A stretch of 64,000 nt of DNA from Raillietiella orientalis (taxonomy: Eukaryota), in NCBI GenBank assembly GCA_036172245.1, contig JAYWIR010000019.1:3348001-3412000 (forward strand), in the 5' to 3' direction. The translations under genes were made by a program, and so were the position numbers. Shown here piece after piece: positions 25,501 to 39,900 of the stretch. How positions within the stretch are numbered: the stretch's first letter is position 1; the number at the start of each line of letters is the position of its first letter. The notes under the pieces are model-generated. The model saw only the letters and a program-made list of their open reading frames with translations. It did not search any database and had not been told where the DNA came from.

Positions 25501-28500
25501 CCGACTGGAGTTTTAAGCTGTCCTACCCTCCTCGAGACCCCGCAGGAGGCGGGTGATGCTGCTGCTTCGCGGAAGGGTTGCGGTCCCCCGAGCTTCGTCG
25601 GGTCTCATCGCGTCGCACCAGCATCGAGAGGGAACACCCAAGAGCGCACTCGATGGTCCATCCGGTCGCTGGACGGCAATCCGCGAGGCTTTGGACGCGG
25701 CGCTTCGTTCCGAAGCATCACGTGCCCGAGGGGGGCAAGGAGGAAGGGCTGGCTGGAAAAGGAGGAGTTTCCGGAAGCGAAGATCGAAGTCTCCTCCTTC
25801 CTCTCCAAGAATTCAAACGGAGGGCTTAGAAAAGTCCACGAGGAGCGAGCAGCCATAGAATGGAGCTGCATCCACAACGGCAGGGGTTTCTTGCGAAGAT
25901 TCCTTCCTGTGCTACTCGGGAACACAGAGGTACGGTCGGTTGGGTAGAGCGAGTGCTTTTCTACCTGCGGCAGTGCCCGTGTCCGCTCACGACCCCATCT
26001 TGCAGTGCCCCTCCGCAGCCTAGCCTTCCGTGGCAAACTAGGGAGGGTGGAGAAGTTAAAGTTGACGGATGACTTGACGGATGCATTGAGAAGAACGTAG
26101 ACCTTTTGATTGTTTCAGTAACTCGTTGCGAACACTGAAATTGCGTTTTGGGGCAGCTCTCCCTCCCCCTTCCTCCTCCTCCACGAGGAGCTAGAGTTTG
26201 GTCTCAGCTAACAGTTTTGACGGGATCAGCAAAGTTCCTTTTACCCACGAACTCCTCCATCCCGAAAGCTCTTTGCAGAGTCGTGTGCTTTCGTGTTCCT
26301 GTCTCCCATGACGTGAAATTAGCGACGAACCGCGTGCCGAAGTGCATGCGATTTCCCTCAGATCTGGGATCTTCTGATTGCTTCACTCCAGTTCCATCAG
26401 AAGTCTGCGTACTTTTCGCGGGCGAAAATGGGGACACGGAAGCAACCAGTCCTTTTTGCTTTCGCACACGTTGCGCGCAGCTAACAGGCGTGGATGATTT
26501 CTGGCAGCGGAGCTGTTGATTTCTGATGCCTGGAAAAGGGGGTTTGCTTTCATCGTTTCGCTGTCTCCGGGTTGTCTGAATTTTCCAGAATTTTCCTTTC
26601 CCTAGAACTTGTTTTTTTTTTTTGGGGGGGGGGGGATGTTGGGGGATTTCGTGGGGGAAATCAAAACCTGGTTCTTCCTTTGGAGAGAGTCGGCCCTTGT
26701 GGCGTTTTTACGCCTGGCCAAATTGAGTAGGAAGTTGAATTGAACCGTGGAACGGTTGCAGAAATTAAGGATGCCAAACTGGCATTCACGTGTCACGTGA
26801 ATTGCATGTTGGCATCTTGGAGATGATCTCCAGAAACGTTTCCAGGTCTTTGATACATTATCACGATTGATTTTCAGGTGTTTGTTTGTGCATCCAAGCA
26901 TCAGCTCGGTGTCGTGTACTAACGGGGCACCTTCGGGTGTAAAAGCCCTCCATCCGTACAGCTTGTTTCCTATGGAAAGAAAATTGTACTGATCCTTTCG
27001 TAGTCCTCAGACTGCTTTCGAACAGCAGCTGTAATCTGGGTAGGTTATTGAGAGCCGGAGTAACGGAAAGGACACGTACGAAACCTCTTCCGACACCCAA
27101 CAGTCAGTCTAATTACTACCATTTACGATATTCTTGTTATCAGTATTACCCTATTCTGTTGTCCAAGCCGAATAACCTTTGTCGAATCTCTTTCTGTGTC
27201 CCTAAGTGTCCTCCCACATGCACTCAGTTCAGCAATCTTTTGTCACCGTAGCGTTTAATTTGTCCCACGTCTGCAAGGCAGCAACGGTTAAAAAGGAAAT
27301 CCCAAAGTAGGAGTTAAGTGAGCTGATTTAATAAAAGTCGCCTTTATAGCAATTACCGGGAACGGAATAAGAGGTGGAGCAAGGGGTTGCGATTGGTAGC
27401 TTTCGGTTTGTAGTTCCATAGTTAGTAGTAAACCGGGAAATAATGAGTCTGTGAGTGCGAATTAAGAAAAAGTGCAAAGTGAAATTTGCAGCGATGAGTT
27501 ATGACATGGAGCTGATGTAGACGGCGACGCCCCGAATAGTGTGTTAGGTAACAGGAATGGAGTTGGGTCCTCTCCATCTCTACGCAAGTCTCCACTTGAT
27601 TGTGCACAGCCTCACGGTTTTCCACGGAATCCATCGGGGCTGAGTGAATTTCGTACGTCATTTGCGAATCGCCAAAAATTCAGATGATTGCATAATAGGA
27701 AAGCTTTGCCTTCAACTTTCCGTTCACTTCCGATCAGTTTCTCTTTTGACTTCTCCCTCTTTTCCTATTTCCTTAGAATTTCACCTCTGTACGGCATTCC
27801 CACGAGTTTTCTGCACAAAAATGTGCATGCTGGAGAAAAATGAACACCATCTCGAAAACCAATTTCCTCCTTTATAAAGTGCGCTTAGCAACCGAATGCT
27901 CTAACGGAAAGCTCGCCTGAGAAAGCCAGGATGAAAACAAATTCCAGTCATTTGGTAGTAGTTTCAGGCAAAGCAGAAAACTAGCCCAAGATTATTTTTT
28001 TTTTTTAAAAAAAAAAAAAAAGAAAGAAAAAGAAAAGAGCCAACTCACTAAATTCGACCACTTTAGTGACCTTGAATGGTGTGTTTCATCAAAGAACCAG
28101 CAGCATGAACTACACGATGACCATATTCTAAATCCTCTGCTACCTGAAACAGTTTAGTTAAGCGATGTCTTCAAAATTAGCTCCCTTGATTGCTGTACTG
28201 ATCCCGTTTTCCTCACGTCTTCCAAGCTAAAGGAATAATTATCAAGTTGTAAAAGGGTTTTCTATAAATTTTTGGAATTACCCTGCGGCGCTTGCAAACC
28301 AAAGACAGAAGCAGATAACCTGCACAAACGAACTCTTGCTCTGAGATTCAGCAATCTCAGAGGCGAAGAAGATGTGGATGCTCCTGCGAAACCTAGGTAA
28401 AATTCCAGAAGACAGACAGGCCTTACCTTAAGATTGCTTTGCCTTTCAGTCGATTTTTACGTAATCACGCTGTACGCAGAATTAAAGATCTGCAAGGCTA

Positions 28501-31500
28501 CTGCAAGAGGAAAAGAGTACCAAGTGGAATCGCAGTGAAAGAGAAGACCTCATTGCCTTATGGCATCACATGCTTGCTCTATAAAACTTAGAATTCACAT
28601 TCAATAAGTTAGAAAGAAGTATGCCTGAACACCCTCGTGTGCGTTGAATTCGGGTGCTTTTATTTGCGGCATCAACCAGCAGATTAAAGGTGGAATTTAT
28701 CGAGCATTTCAGCCGGAATCCACGTGTTTAAACACATCTTGAGACGGCTTGGAAATCTTAGAAACATTTCCATGAATGTGCAGTCGGAAGATATAGCCAT
28801 CTTCGGCAGCGTCCCAAAAAACTTTGTGGATTCAGAGCTGTTTTATTCGATTTAGCACACGACATAAGCTGATGCCCGATAAGGGAAGTAAAACTGGAGT
28901 AGCAAGGTAATATTGGAGATGGGGAAGAGCCCTCAGATGAATAAACGGCATTTAAATGGAGTTTGAGGTATTCACCAGATACCGGGAATATCATCTTAAG
29001 CAGCTGCTTTTTGGACTGGTCTAAACCACAAACTGTTCTGGATTGATGTTTCTGAAATTTACGACTGGAATGAGCGATACAGATAATGTTTCAAGCTTTC
29101 CACCCAGCTGTTTGCACATCCGAAAAAGAGCGTGATTATCAGTGCAATTTAATGCTATACAAACCACTACTAGCAAACGCTTCGCTGCTGGCTGTGCTAG
29201 CTGCCGTAGTCATGAAGGATTTAGAACCATCTTCTTAGATGATGCTATCTGCGATGCTTCCGTGGTTTTATGTGGTAAAAAGGAAGAAGGAAAGAAAAAC
29301 TAGAAATAGTACTGCACGTACTGTGTAAACCGAATGGTGACAGGTCTTTGCAATCCGTCTTTCAGCTTCTGCAACTGTCTGCTACATAAGCTGCCCCAGC
29401 TAAGCAGGGAACTTCTCCTGGACGGATAGAAAACAAACCATTAATAATATTCGATCTTTCTTGCTTGTTCGAGGATGAGGGAATCCAAGTATCACAAAGA
29501 GCGCTACGAAAATGTTTGCCACCCTGAGTTTAATATAAACAGCCGCCTCGCGGCAACTAATATTATACCAAGAGGAGAGCAATATTTTCAAGAAAAGATT
29601 AGCGCTGCTGCTGTCTTTACTTTTTGCATTCGATGCAAGAAGCAGTTTTAAAGTCTTCATTCTACTGGTAATGCTCCACTTGATGGCTTCCTGTGACTTG
29701 ACTCTTATTGATGAGCAAATGAGAACAAGTAGCCTTACCAAACTGTTGAGCAGATCGGGGAACAGAATTAATCCAAAATGAAGGGATAGCGGATTCGCAG
29801 AACGATCGTGGCTGCGCGCGTGAATCTCTCCTGATGCTCCTGGTGAAGCTGCATGCTGCAAAGCATCGACAGGTTATTTCCGACTTTCACGGGAGTTGAA
29901 AAGAGTTGGCGTCCATTTTCACATGCGTCTGTTTGTAGGGATTTCTCGAAACGAGTCCCACGAGACCAACCAGGCGTTCCGGTCACCCAGTGACTACTAG
30001 TGCTCTGACCGACATTCGCGTCAGCGTTCGGCTGAAGGAAACGGAAAGGATGTTATGCTTCTTATATAGACAGGCATTGTTTCGGCTACAGAAGGAAAGA
30101 AAAAGAGGATGGAGGGGACCCAGTCCCGTCAAAGATCATGGAATCCGAAAAATGTTGCATTCCTCTCCGCTGTCGCATCAACTCTATCATCGCCCTGGCC
30201 TGGTTTCGAGGATTGCAAATAGGTTGCTATTTCTTGCACTAGCCAGATAGCCGATATCCGTAACCGTGTTTTCAATGAGTGCACGATGAGATCGCTCGTG
30301 TCATCGAGTCACTTGGATACGAGAAAACACCCGAGCCGACACCCAGGCACGCTTCCGAATTTCACTCAAGTGTTTTCGGTGCTGAACGCGGAAGTGCACA
30401 CGAGAAGAAACGATTCGCTTCGAGCGACTGCTGGATAAAAGCGGGGAATCCATGTGAAAGGCACGGATAAATCCGAGCAGGAAGTGTTGAAAGACAAGCG
30501 ACAGCTGGCATTCCAGATTGGTTCTCTGGGAGTTTTTCGGGGGAATCGGGGGGGGAGGGGAGGGGAGTTGCGGTGCGGCGGCGCCTCGGACGCGTTGCCA
30601 CTTAACACGTGTGGTTCGAAGGAGGAGGCGTAAAGTCAAGAGGGAAAAAATCGCACGCTGGATACTTCGGCTCCAGACGACTTTCGAACGCTGTCGTCAT
30701 CCCGTCGAAGCTGCCAGCGAGTGCCCTGGAGACTCGAGAGCACCTCCGTGCGGTTTTCCCCGTGTCAGCAGCAGTAACCAAGGTTCCGGGCGCCGGTTTG
30801 AGAAATTCCAAGGTACGAAGCGAGCGTCCCATGTGCCATCGTTTGCATTCCCGCATTTCGGTTCCCCTTTTTTTTTCCGCGCTTGCTCAGACCTTCGGAA
30901 GACGGGTAGAAGACCCTGATCGGCAGTGTTCCGAAACGTGAAACGCCACCGCATCTCTTGTACGACGTGGGTACGCAGCTTTGTGTGCACGGTGCACTTG
31001 TGCAATTGGTCAGAAAAGTGTAATGGCTGGTAGACATTTCAACTTTACGGTGACTGTTGCTGCAGGGAGGCAACGAATTCGGTCATTCCGATGAAGTCTT
31101 GTGTCAGGAAACGCCCGTGTCGCCCATTTTCACAAAGGAAGAGCTGACGGAACTAGTGGACGCTTGTTTCACCGGTTTCGGGAGGATGACCTCCGAGCGT
31201 CACGGAAGCTGCGATCTTGTCAAGTGGTTGGCGACCTGAAAGTGATCTGCGTGGTTTCATCAATCGGTTCGGATTGCGGGCGAGCGGTCAGTCAGCCAAG
31301 TCCGGTGCGAATTCTTGGAAAGCCTTCGTTGCGAGGAAACCGCAGCAGCAGGTCCCGGAAGAACTGTCGCAGGAACCATGCGCTTGCTGCTGTGTACTGC
31401 AGCAGCCCTCAGCTGCCGGGCAGACCTTCCGAACTTGGGGAGTAGGTTTGTCGCAGGCGTGCGTGAGACGAGGAGGAGGCTTACGTCTTGCGGGGCACGG

Positions 31501-32305
31501 GCGTTTTCGCTTTCCCGCGTGCGCGGCAAGACGGGGAACCGTATCTCGGGCGGGATCGTCTCTGGAGATGAGATGTACTGAAAGCAGCGAGGCCTCTCGC
31601 AAACTCGAGCTCTGGGGAGATGCAAGAGATACGATTTTCGCCGAGATCCCAATCGTGCCGTCGCTGCTGAGCGGCAAGCAATGGGTCGATCATTTTTAGA
31701 AACAGTCTTTCGCCCATGCGGAATGAGTCAGCACAATAAGGCTCCACCAGCGCCTAAAAAAGAAAGAAAGAAAAACCAGTGACCTTTAGATCATTTAGAA
31801 AACAGAGAAGTCGTATACGTTGTATGTATAAAAAAAAAAAAAAAAGTTTCGTCCTATTTACTCCCATTGGAAAGCGTGAAGAACTACCTCTGCGGTCAAA
31901 ATGTTCAGAAGAATTCCTTCGTTACGAGATGGTTGCAAAGCTAGCAGCTAGATCGAGATCGAGGAACCGATTGAAGTGAATCCACGAAGCGAGGGCGTCG
32001 GCTTTCCGGGTCACCGTAAGCCAAGCAAGCGTCAATTATTCAGATGCACGGACGCAAGCCTGAACGTCCACAGAGGAGTTGAGTGGAAAGATGATTAAAG
32101 GTTCCTCGCCCCCCCTTCCCACACACACACACACACACACACTTGATTTCGGGAAGTCACTCGGCTCATAATGATGAATTGCAATACACTGCAGGGAGAG
32201 AGTGGGAAACATCTTCCACGAAAGACGCGAAATTCCAGCTCGGGAACCGGTGGCAGGACGTGATGCTTATCGACTGAGCTTCGGGATGTCTTCGGGCTCC
32301 GATAT

Positions 32306-32338
<33 letters not shown>

Positions 32339-35300
32339 AAGAAAAGAAGAAGAAAGAAAACTCGAGACTCCCAGATCTTTGAGGCAGCAAGAAATCAGAT
32401 ATAGGAGAGCGGTTGTTTTTCATCACTCCGAGGCAAGAAGGTGGTCGCTTCGTTCAGATTGATCGGACAACCAACAACCAGGCATGCTGAATCAGAAACA
32501 CATCGATCTTTTGTTCAAGGAGGGAGGAGAAAGAAAAAAAAAAGAGGGGGAGGGGAAATCAGCATCGCATTTACCGACACACTGTACGTGGATCCGAGAG
32601 CCTTAAACAGGGAATGCCATGCTCATGTATTAGTATTATATTCCGGGTTAGGCCACTTTCAAGAAGCTTATACATGCCCTTCAGGCATGCGAGAGAAGGA
32701 AATGTTTGAAACCCAGGCTCCGCACGCCGTGGTCGCTTCCCTGCGTGTCGTGTGCACGGAGATGTGAGCGGGAAATTTCCTGGCAGGAAACTGGAAGAAA
32801 GCGGTCGGGTTAACAGAGGAGCTGGAACGTGAAGTGTATCGATTTCGGGCGTAGCAACAAAAGACAAGCTGAAGGTTAGCCGGTTAGGCAGAGTTCATGA
32901 TCACTGGTCAGTTGGATCGATGAACTCGCAAGCAGGGAGGAGTAAGAAGATCAAAGCGCGAGTTCATGGAACTCGCAGCTTTGCAGTTTCGGAGCGAAGC
33001 AGATACAAGAGTTCCTTTCCACCAGGAAAGCCTCAGCGATCCCGCTGTAGAAATGAAACTCTCAAGGATTTCAGAAAAGGCTGCATCCGTTTTGAAAAGC
33101 ACGCTGCGTTTGAATCACTCCATACTCATCCTCCTCTCTCGATAAACGCAGAGCTCAAGATCGATCAGGGTTCCAGAGATCTTTTCCTGCTTTGAATCAT
33201 ATGCTCGCGACGATCAATGAAGCAGCGCATTTGCTTTTGCATAGGAACGAAGATGGGCTTACCTCTTTCACTGGGATGCAGCTGATTGATTTTCATTATC
33301 CAAAGTAGCGCGAGAAATGGATGCGTTTCTGTCACAGGAGCATATCCGCTGCTGCATCTTTATCAGTAGGCTCAGACGGTCCGGGAGGACCGAAACGGAA
33401 TATTGAAATAAACGCGGGAGAGGTTGGCGTGGAGATGGGGAGCCTTGCCTGGCCTCCGTCGAGGATTTCGAGTGCAGGGGTTCCGGCAAGGTGCAACGAA
33501 GCGATCCTCAAAATTGCAACAGAATCGCGGACTTGGATTCCGAGCTCGGAATTGCTTCTTCCTGTGGATGCTGTGCGATGAGAGGCAAGTTCGTGTGCTC
33601 CAGGAAACTCCAGGCCCCCCCCTACAGGAGACCACCAAAAGTCCAAAGCGCTTTGTTTTGTCGGAGGAGGCCGCTAGCTTAGATAAGGAGTAAATGTTGC
33701 GGATGGCGGTGATGCGATGTGTCTGCTCTCACTTTCATTCCTGGTTGTGCACAAGGCAACAGGTGGATCGGACACCGTTCCGTGAATCTGTCACTCGGGC
33801 CGTTGCGCCCGTGGCGAGCGGATTGAAAATGTTAATACATGCAATTGCGATGTGGAAGATGGAACCGGAAGCGAAAGTGAGAAAGATGAGATCGTTCGCA
33901 TCATTTTACGTGATGGCTCCGTGTCGATCTTGTGAACATTGGTGCTTCGATCGTCAAGAGGTATGCAGATCTGTAACGGCAAGGTACAGTTTTTCCCGAT
34001 CACAGTGATGAACTTGAACGACTGAAGCTGCATACCAGCGCATCAGAAAGTACCCTTAGCAGACATTCAGCTTCTTCTGGATTTCTTTTTATTAAAAAAA
34101 AAAAACAAAACAAAAACACTCTTGCAGGTGACCACTCCGAAAAACGTAATGGAGGGAGAACACGACGACAGCACATAGAAAGCGATGCATGAAGAAACGA
34201 ATTTTGCACCACAAATCGAAAGCTTAATGTACGGTTCCACATTGTACGAATAATGGTTTAATTAATGTTCACAAATGCGGCTGAGACTGGACTTTCAGAA
34301 GAGCGAATCGCCACGAGGGTTGCTGGCGATATCGCTTTGTTCCTAGCACTCTGCATAAATTCGAGCAGTTGCGACTGACGAATGGAGCAAGACAGGTGGT
34401 GGTGGTTGGTTACAAGAAGAAGAAGAGGTATGTGGCGGAGAAACATTCATGCCTCTCGCCCTGCTCCCCTTCGTGGAAAGCGATCGGGGAGGCAGATTTC
34501 ATGGAGTTTCATATATATCTGTATGTATACCGGAAATGCAATCTTTCGTGCGAGAAATCATGAAAAAAAAAAAAAAATTCCCACATACAAAACTGATTTT
34601 AATATTGCGTCGCTTAAAAATCTGCGGAAGGCTTTTCTTAACACGTTCGTTCTATTTTCCCTTGGGAAATGTTGAGATGGAGGATCGATACAAGCGTAAA
34701 AGAAAGAAAGTTAAAGATAGACTCAAACAGGCATTTCTAAATTTCGGTCGTGGTGATGGCGCCACTTTGTGCGGCACTTACAAATCTCAAAGTTCTCAAA
34801 GAGCTGATGAGCTAATAAGGCAGAATGGAAGACGCAGAAAGTGGTGGGTGGATGATGCCTTTGTTGGTCTCTCACAGAGCGAGAACCCTGCGCCATAGAA
34901 GGTTTGGGATTCTGCGAGGGAGGAATGCAAAATGCAGGTAGCAACCAGTTCTGGGAACGTGAAAGGCTAAGCTTCTAGAGCTTTCCTTTTTGGTGTTGGG
35001 CAGAAAGAGCACAAGTTCCATTCGACCTCGGAGGCGCCCATGCTCCCGTCCGAACGGGGGCATAGGCGCAGAGATGCAAAGAAAAGGGACCGCGGAGGAA
35101 GGAAATCAAACGTCCGGAGAGAAAGACTTGCGAGCAGGCGTGGGCTGAAGGCATGCAATCTCGATGGCGCGGACTCTGGCGGATGAACGGAAAGTCAGTC
35201 GGGGCCGCGGGGACACCCGTTGATCAGAGAAGCTGCGGAAATATGACGGAGGATTTCCACCTTCCCTCTCTCGTTAGAGGGAGAGAGAGAGATCTGTTCC

Positions 35301-36915
35301 CGGAGAGTGGATCTGGGAAGAATGGAAAATAAGGATTGGGCAAAACAACGCTCCGCTCTTGGAGACTCACCGAGATGACCAGTTCATGAAGACACGACAA
35401 GAGAGTTCGACTGGCACTCGGGTTTGAAAGCTGTCCGAAAGTTCTGACCATTTTGCCAAAAATGAAATTTCGGACGTAACGGGAAGCAAAAGGGTGGATT
35501 CAGCGAATCCTACAGTTCCATAACAGAGGCGAAGGCAGATGCTGAAGGGCAGCTGTTAGCACAGCTGATTGCTTAGGGTGAAAAGACGAGTAAGCGGATG
35601 TTTGTTTTCGGCTTTGGGAGGGAAGGGAAGACAGCATGAGGAGGACGAGGGTCCTTGAGGGCTTTCTTGCTTCGAGAAACGTGAATGGTGAAGCTCAGGC
35701 TAGCGAAATTGATGTGTTGCTTAGACGGTTGCCTGAGGTTGCATCTCCGAAGTGAACCAAAGGTGTAATGATGACAGCATGTAGGAAGCACTTCATTTCA
35801 AGGATTCACAGGGGTGCATCTGTACGAATAAGAAGAAGTGGAGGCGTTTTCCATTTTCCAGAGCAAATAAAGAATGAATCCGGTTCGGATCTGTACGAAT
35901 TCGATTGCGAAAAGCAAGAATTGTCGTCCAAAGCTTCGACTCCGCGTATCCCGGGCTCTCCGAAAACTGCATCTCCTCTTCGAGTGCTCGCGTGCACCAT
36001 ACCGTTAATTTCAATTTCATCTTCTATCTATCTGCCTCTCTTTCTCTTTCTCTCTCTCTCGGAGCATATGTTTATTTATCTAGGGAGAGCGAGAAAGAAA
36101 GAACTTGTGTTTACAACCGACAGAGCTCTGAGAAATTCAGTGTACGACATCCAAAAGTCATGCGTTCTTTGGGATTCCACAATTAAATCAGATCGCTGTA
36201 AGCTTTATGTGCCAGTGGGTTTTTTTGTTTTTGTTTTTTTCTCCCTCTCTCTCTCCCCCCTCTCTCCTCGAAAGCAGCATGCAGTGCCAGAATGTAAAAG
36301 GATCTAGAAGCACTCTTTTTAATTTTTTTGCACAGCTGAAACCAGACGAAAGCATCTGTCGCTTCCTGTAAACCGTAATCTTTTTCTTCCGCCGCCTCTA
36401 TCATCCATCCCGGTCGCAGGCAGTTTTTACACAGCGTTCCTTCCTTCGAGCCTCTTCCGAGAAGTCCGTCTTCACGTGCCCAGGGCAGTAGTAAGGTTCG
36501 TGCTCACCAGATGCGCCACCATCGACCTGTGCTCCCCCGAATGTTTTCTTATCGGACAAGTTAGAATAAGAAGCTCTAATCCTTTGATGGGGATGATATC
36601 CATGTTCCCTGCAACAGACGAAAGCCGTGGAATTATCGATTCCTTCGTTGCTGCTCGGATTGCGATTTTGACATTTGTGAATTTTCGGAGGAGAATCTCG
36701 ACGATGCTTTTTGTCTCGCATTCAGTTTTCCAAACTCTTGTTTGAATTATTCCACCAACTCCGTGATTGCAGTGTTACCTTTCTCTGCTGGCTAGGAAGA
36801 TAGCAGCTTGTGGTTGCGTTTATTATGCTTTATCTCTTATTCCACACGATAAAGTCGGTTATCAATGCTATATATATATATATATATATATATATAGCAT
36901 TGAGTGTATATAAAA

Positions 36916-36965
<50 letters not shown>

Positions 36966-39900
36966 TTTTCAAGTGCAGACACCGATGATGCACGACTTTT
37001 GGGATTAGTAAATGAGAGCCGAGCTCTGATTACTGCCCTGTTTATTATTTCTTCGGCTGGTTCAACACGTTTCGGTAATGAACTTTTTCCAAGTGGTCCC
37101 TCAGTGTACTCTGTCTGTCACCAACGGCTTCCAGCTCCTTTAGGCATCAAAGGCAGATGTTTCACATTGTGATGTCATCCCTAATTTTGCCTGTTTATGA
37201 GATTTGGAAATGATTCACTCTGCTCTTCGGTGCATCACCTACTTTATTATGTTTACGTTTCTGCTCCACAGTGAATTCTTCTCCCGACGCTGCATCCAAG
37301 TCGATAACACATCTTTGCCCTTTCCAAATCATTTGCTTAAATTTTTCAGTGTCTAGTTATCGAAAAGAACCCCTTTGCATCGCTTGAATCGAATAAAACT
37401 GCAGATTTGGTCCTCATTTAGATTATTCTCGAAACTGGAACTTCTTGCTTTTCCGCACTGTTTTTCCTTTGTGCAGCATTTCTCGTTCTAAATGTTGGGT
37501 ATTCATCACTCCTGCCTTAGCAGATTTTTTTTTTTTTTTTTTAAGGTTGCTTCGTGCTTTCAGTTTTCCTTTCATTCTTTTTTCTTCTTCTCGTGCTTTC
37601 GTTAAGCTGCGGGTTCTCATCCAGCAAAGACATTGTAGATGGATCAAGATAGGTAACTCTGCACAGGATAGTCTTTTGCTGCGAAGATGGGGAGAAGCCC
37701 AATTACCCATTGCCATTCGTTTGTCTGCAGGTGAAGTGGATACAGGAGAACGGGCGAGGATTTCAGTTTCGTCTTAAAGGAGTGCCGTGGCCCACACGTG
37801 GCACACACCTTCATAATAATTGGTCTTTTCCTTGAAGTGCCGTGTCCAGCATATTGGAGGCGTGTCATTCATGTTCATTGTGAATGCCATGCCGCCCACT
37901 CTACTGGATCCGGCTAATCCGGCAAATATTGTGTTCTGCCTCCCATCATAGCTAATTGCTTCTTCTTCGCTTTGGGATAGCGAGCGTGCCCCAAGACTGT
38001 CACCGAACTCTGCTCACTGCAGAATTTCACTAAGGGTTTATTCGTTTTCAGGAGTGGCATAAAACTCTCCTGCTCACACTAGGCAGAGCACCCAGAAAAA
38101 TGAAAGTGAATATTTACATCACGAGTGACGTACGTGTACAGAGTTTTCCCACCACTTCATCACGTAGAGAGCGTTGGAATCTCGAAAACTGTTAGAGAAG
38201 AAAGAAAAAAGGAACGAGCAATATGCTGCTGCATCCACTTGTTACTGTTCACCGTGGCACCATTCAGATGAATGACTTTCAACAACTAGTTATGGTGCTC
38301 CCGTCCTTCGAAAGGGGCGGATGACGAACTTCTGTGACTCCACATGCTTGCGCTGTCCGTACACACTACAGCTTCTTGCTTTCTGTTGATTCCATGATGG
38401 CAAAAGTGGTCCCTGTAAGGAATGGGTACGTGTCCGTATACATCAATAGTTCTCTGGAGAGATCTGAGGATAGCTTCCTTGTAGGTTGCGTATTCTGTGC
38501 CGAAGCCTTCAGAGTTTCCTTTTGCGATTTGACAGCAGCATGTGTCGTGGTGCTGTTTGCGACAACATCATTGGTTCGTTCGCCTTGTGGAGAAATCCAC
38601 TAAGGAGAAACTCCATTTTCACCGCAAGTTTATGATTGCGACGGTGCTTTCCTTGAAGATAAAGTTAAATTGGCAGTCAAGAAGTCTGCCGAGAGTGTAG
38701 TTGTTAATGTGATACAGAAAAACGATCGATTTCTAAAGAGTGAGGTCAATTCTGAATCTGAACTGGCCATTGTATCCACCCATTGCACCTGGGCTTCACG
38801 AAGTACTTGAATTGCTGTGGAATGGGCTTGAAGGACTATTCCATAATGAATGAAGACTCGATCCTTAGTGGCAATAATAAGACACTTGATCAGGGATCCA
38901 TCCAGTCTGCTTGCTCAAATCTCTTCCTTATATCTCTCCTAGGGTATAGTAGAATGCAGCGAGTAACGATGCAGCCGGTTTCTGTTGACCAAAAAAAAAA
39001 AAAAATGAAAGCAGAGTTTTTGGAGCACACTAAGGAAGATTTTCTTATATTTGTGTAAACGGAAGAACGGCAATGACCGTAGGGTTGTCCGATACGTTTC
39101 TTCTTAGAATATTGTAAAAAAAAAAAAAAAAATCCCTATTGTTTTTACCATAGCTAAACACTTTAATGCCATGTAGATTCTTAGTTTCAAGAAGGGGTGA
39201 ATTGTAATGGTTTGCAGGATACTGACTTGAAATGCATGGCATAAAATAAGAAAACAACTTCTTTGGGGATTTCTTTTTCTATTTCTAAGTAAATTCCTAT
39301 TGTAACCAGATTCGAAGGAATTTAACCAAATCGTTGTTTCGCACAGTTTTCAGCATATCGGTATTAAAATTGTTTATTTTTGCTGTTGTTTCAAATAACA
39401 CGGAATGTAGACAACGGGATACTTTAAGTAATGACGCCTGTTAGAGTGAGGCGAAGGCCAAGTAGTGGGCTGCGTGATGGGTAGTCGAACTTATTGGGAA
39501 AGGTAAGGGAGTGTGGCGGCGACGAGAGAGGGAAGGAGGAAGTTCCCCGCTGCAAGGACACGTTTTGCAAGGATGAAAATGAGGAATCAAATAACGTAGG
39601 TAAGGAAAGTTGGAAACGGTGTGTGTATAATCTTCCTGATCCCGACAAACTGCTGGAAATGCAGCACCAGATTGGCATGCAAGAAAATAGCAGATGACGA
39701 AACGAAGCAATGACGGATTGCTCCTCCGCGTCGCAGAAAATGTTTGATATCTCGATTCTGTTAGGAGCTGGCAGCTCTGAAGACGCCGGAAAGATATGGA
39801 CAGTTCCGTTTCCTCGCTTCCGCAAGGAAGCAGGGAAGCGATTGGGCACAATAAATAGCGTGAAAAAAATCAGAGCGGCATGATGAATGCTCTTCGTTTT

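Noticed and set aside
26878..26955. Alternative candidate for the RGS linker exon
   Set aside because: Phase-compatible only with a weak donor; 40359-40439 has much stronger splice sites.
17000..36500. Many overlapping 100-311 aa ORFs (e.g. 24140-25075, 21213-21926, 24626-25330)
   Set aside because: Arg/Pro/Ser/Gly-rich, present in all frames, crossing homopolymer runs, with no recognisable domains (no RT, transposase or integrase motifs). Expected from high GC.
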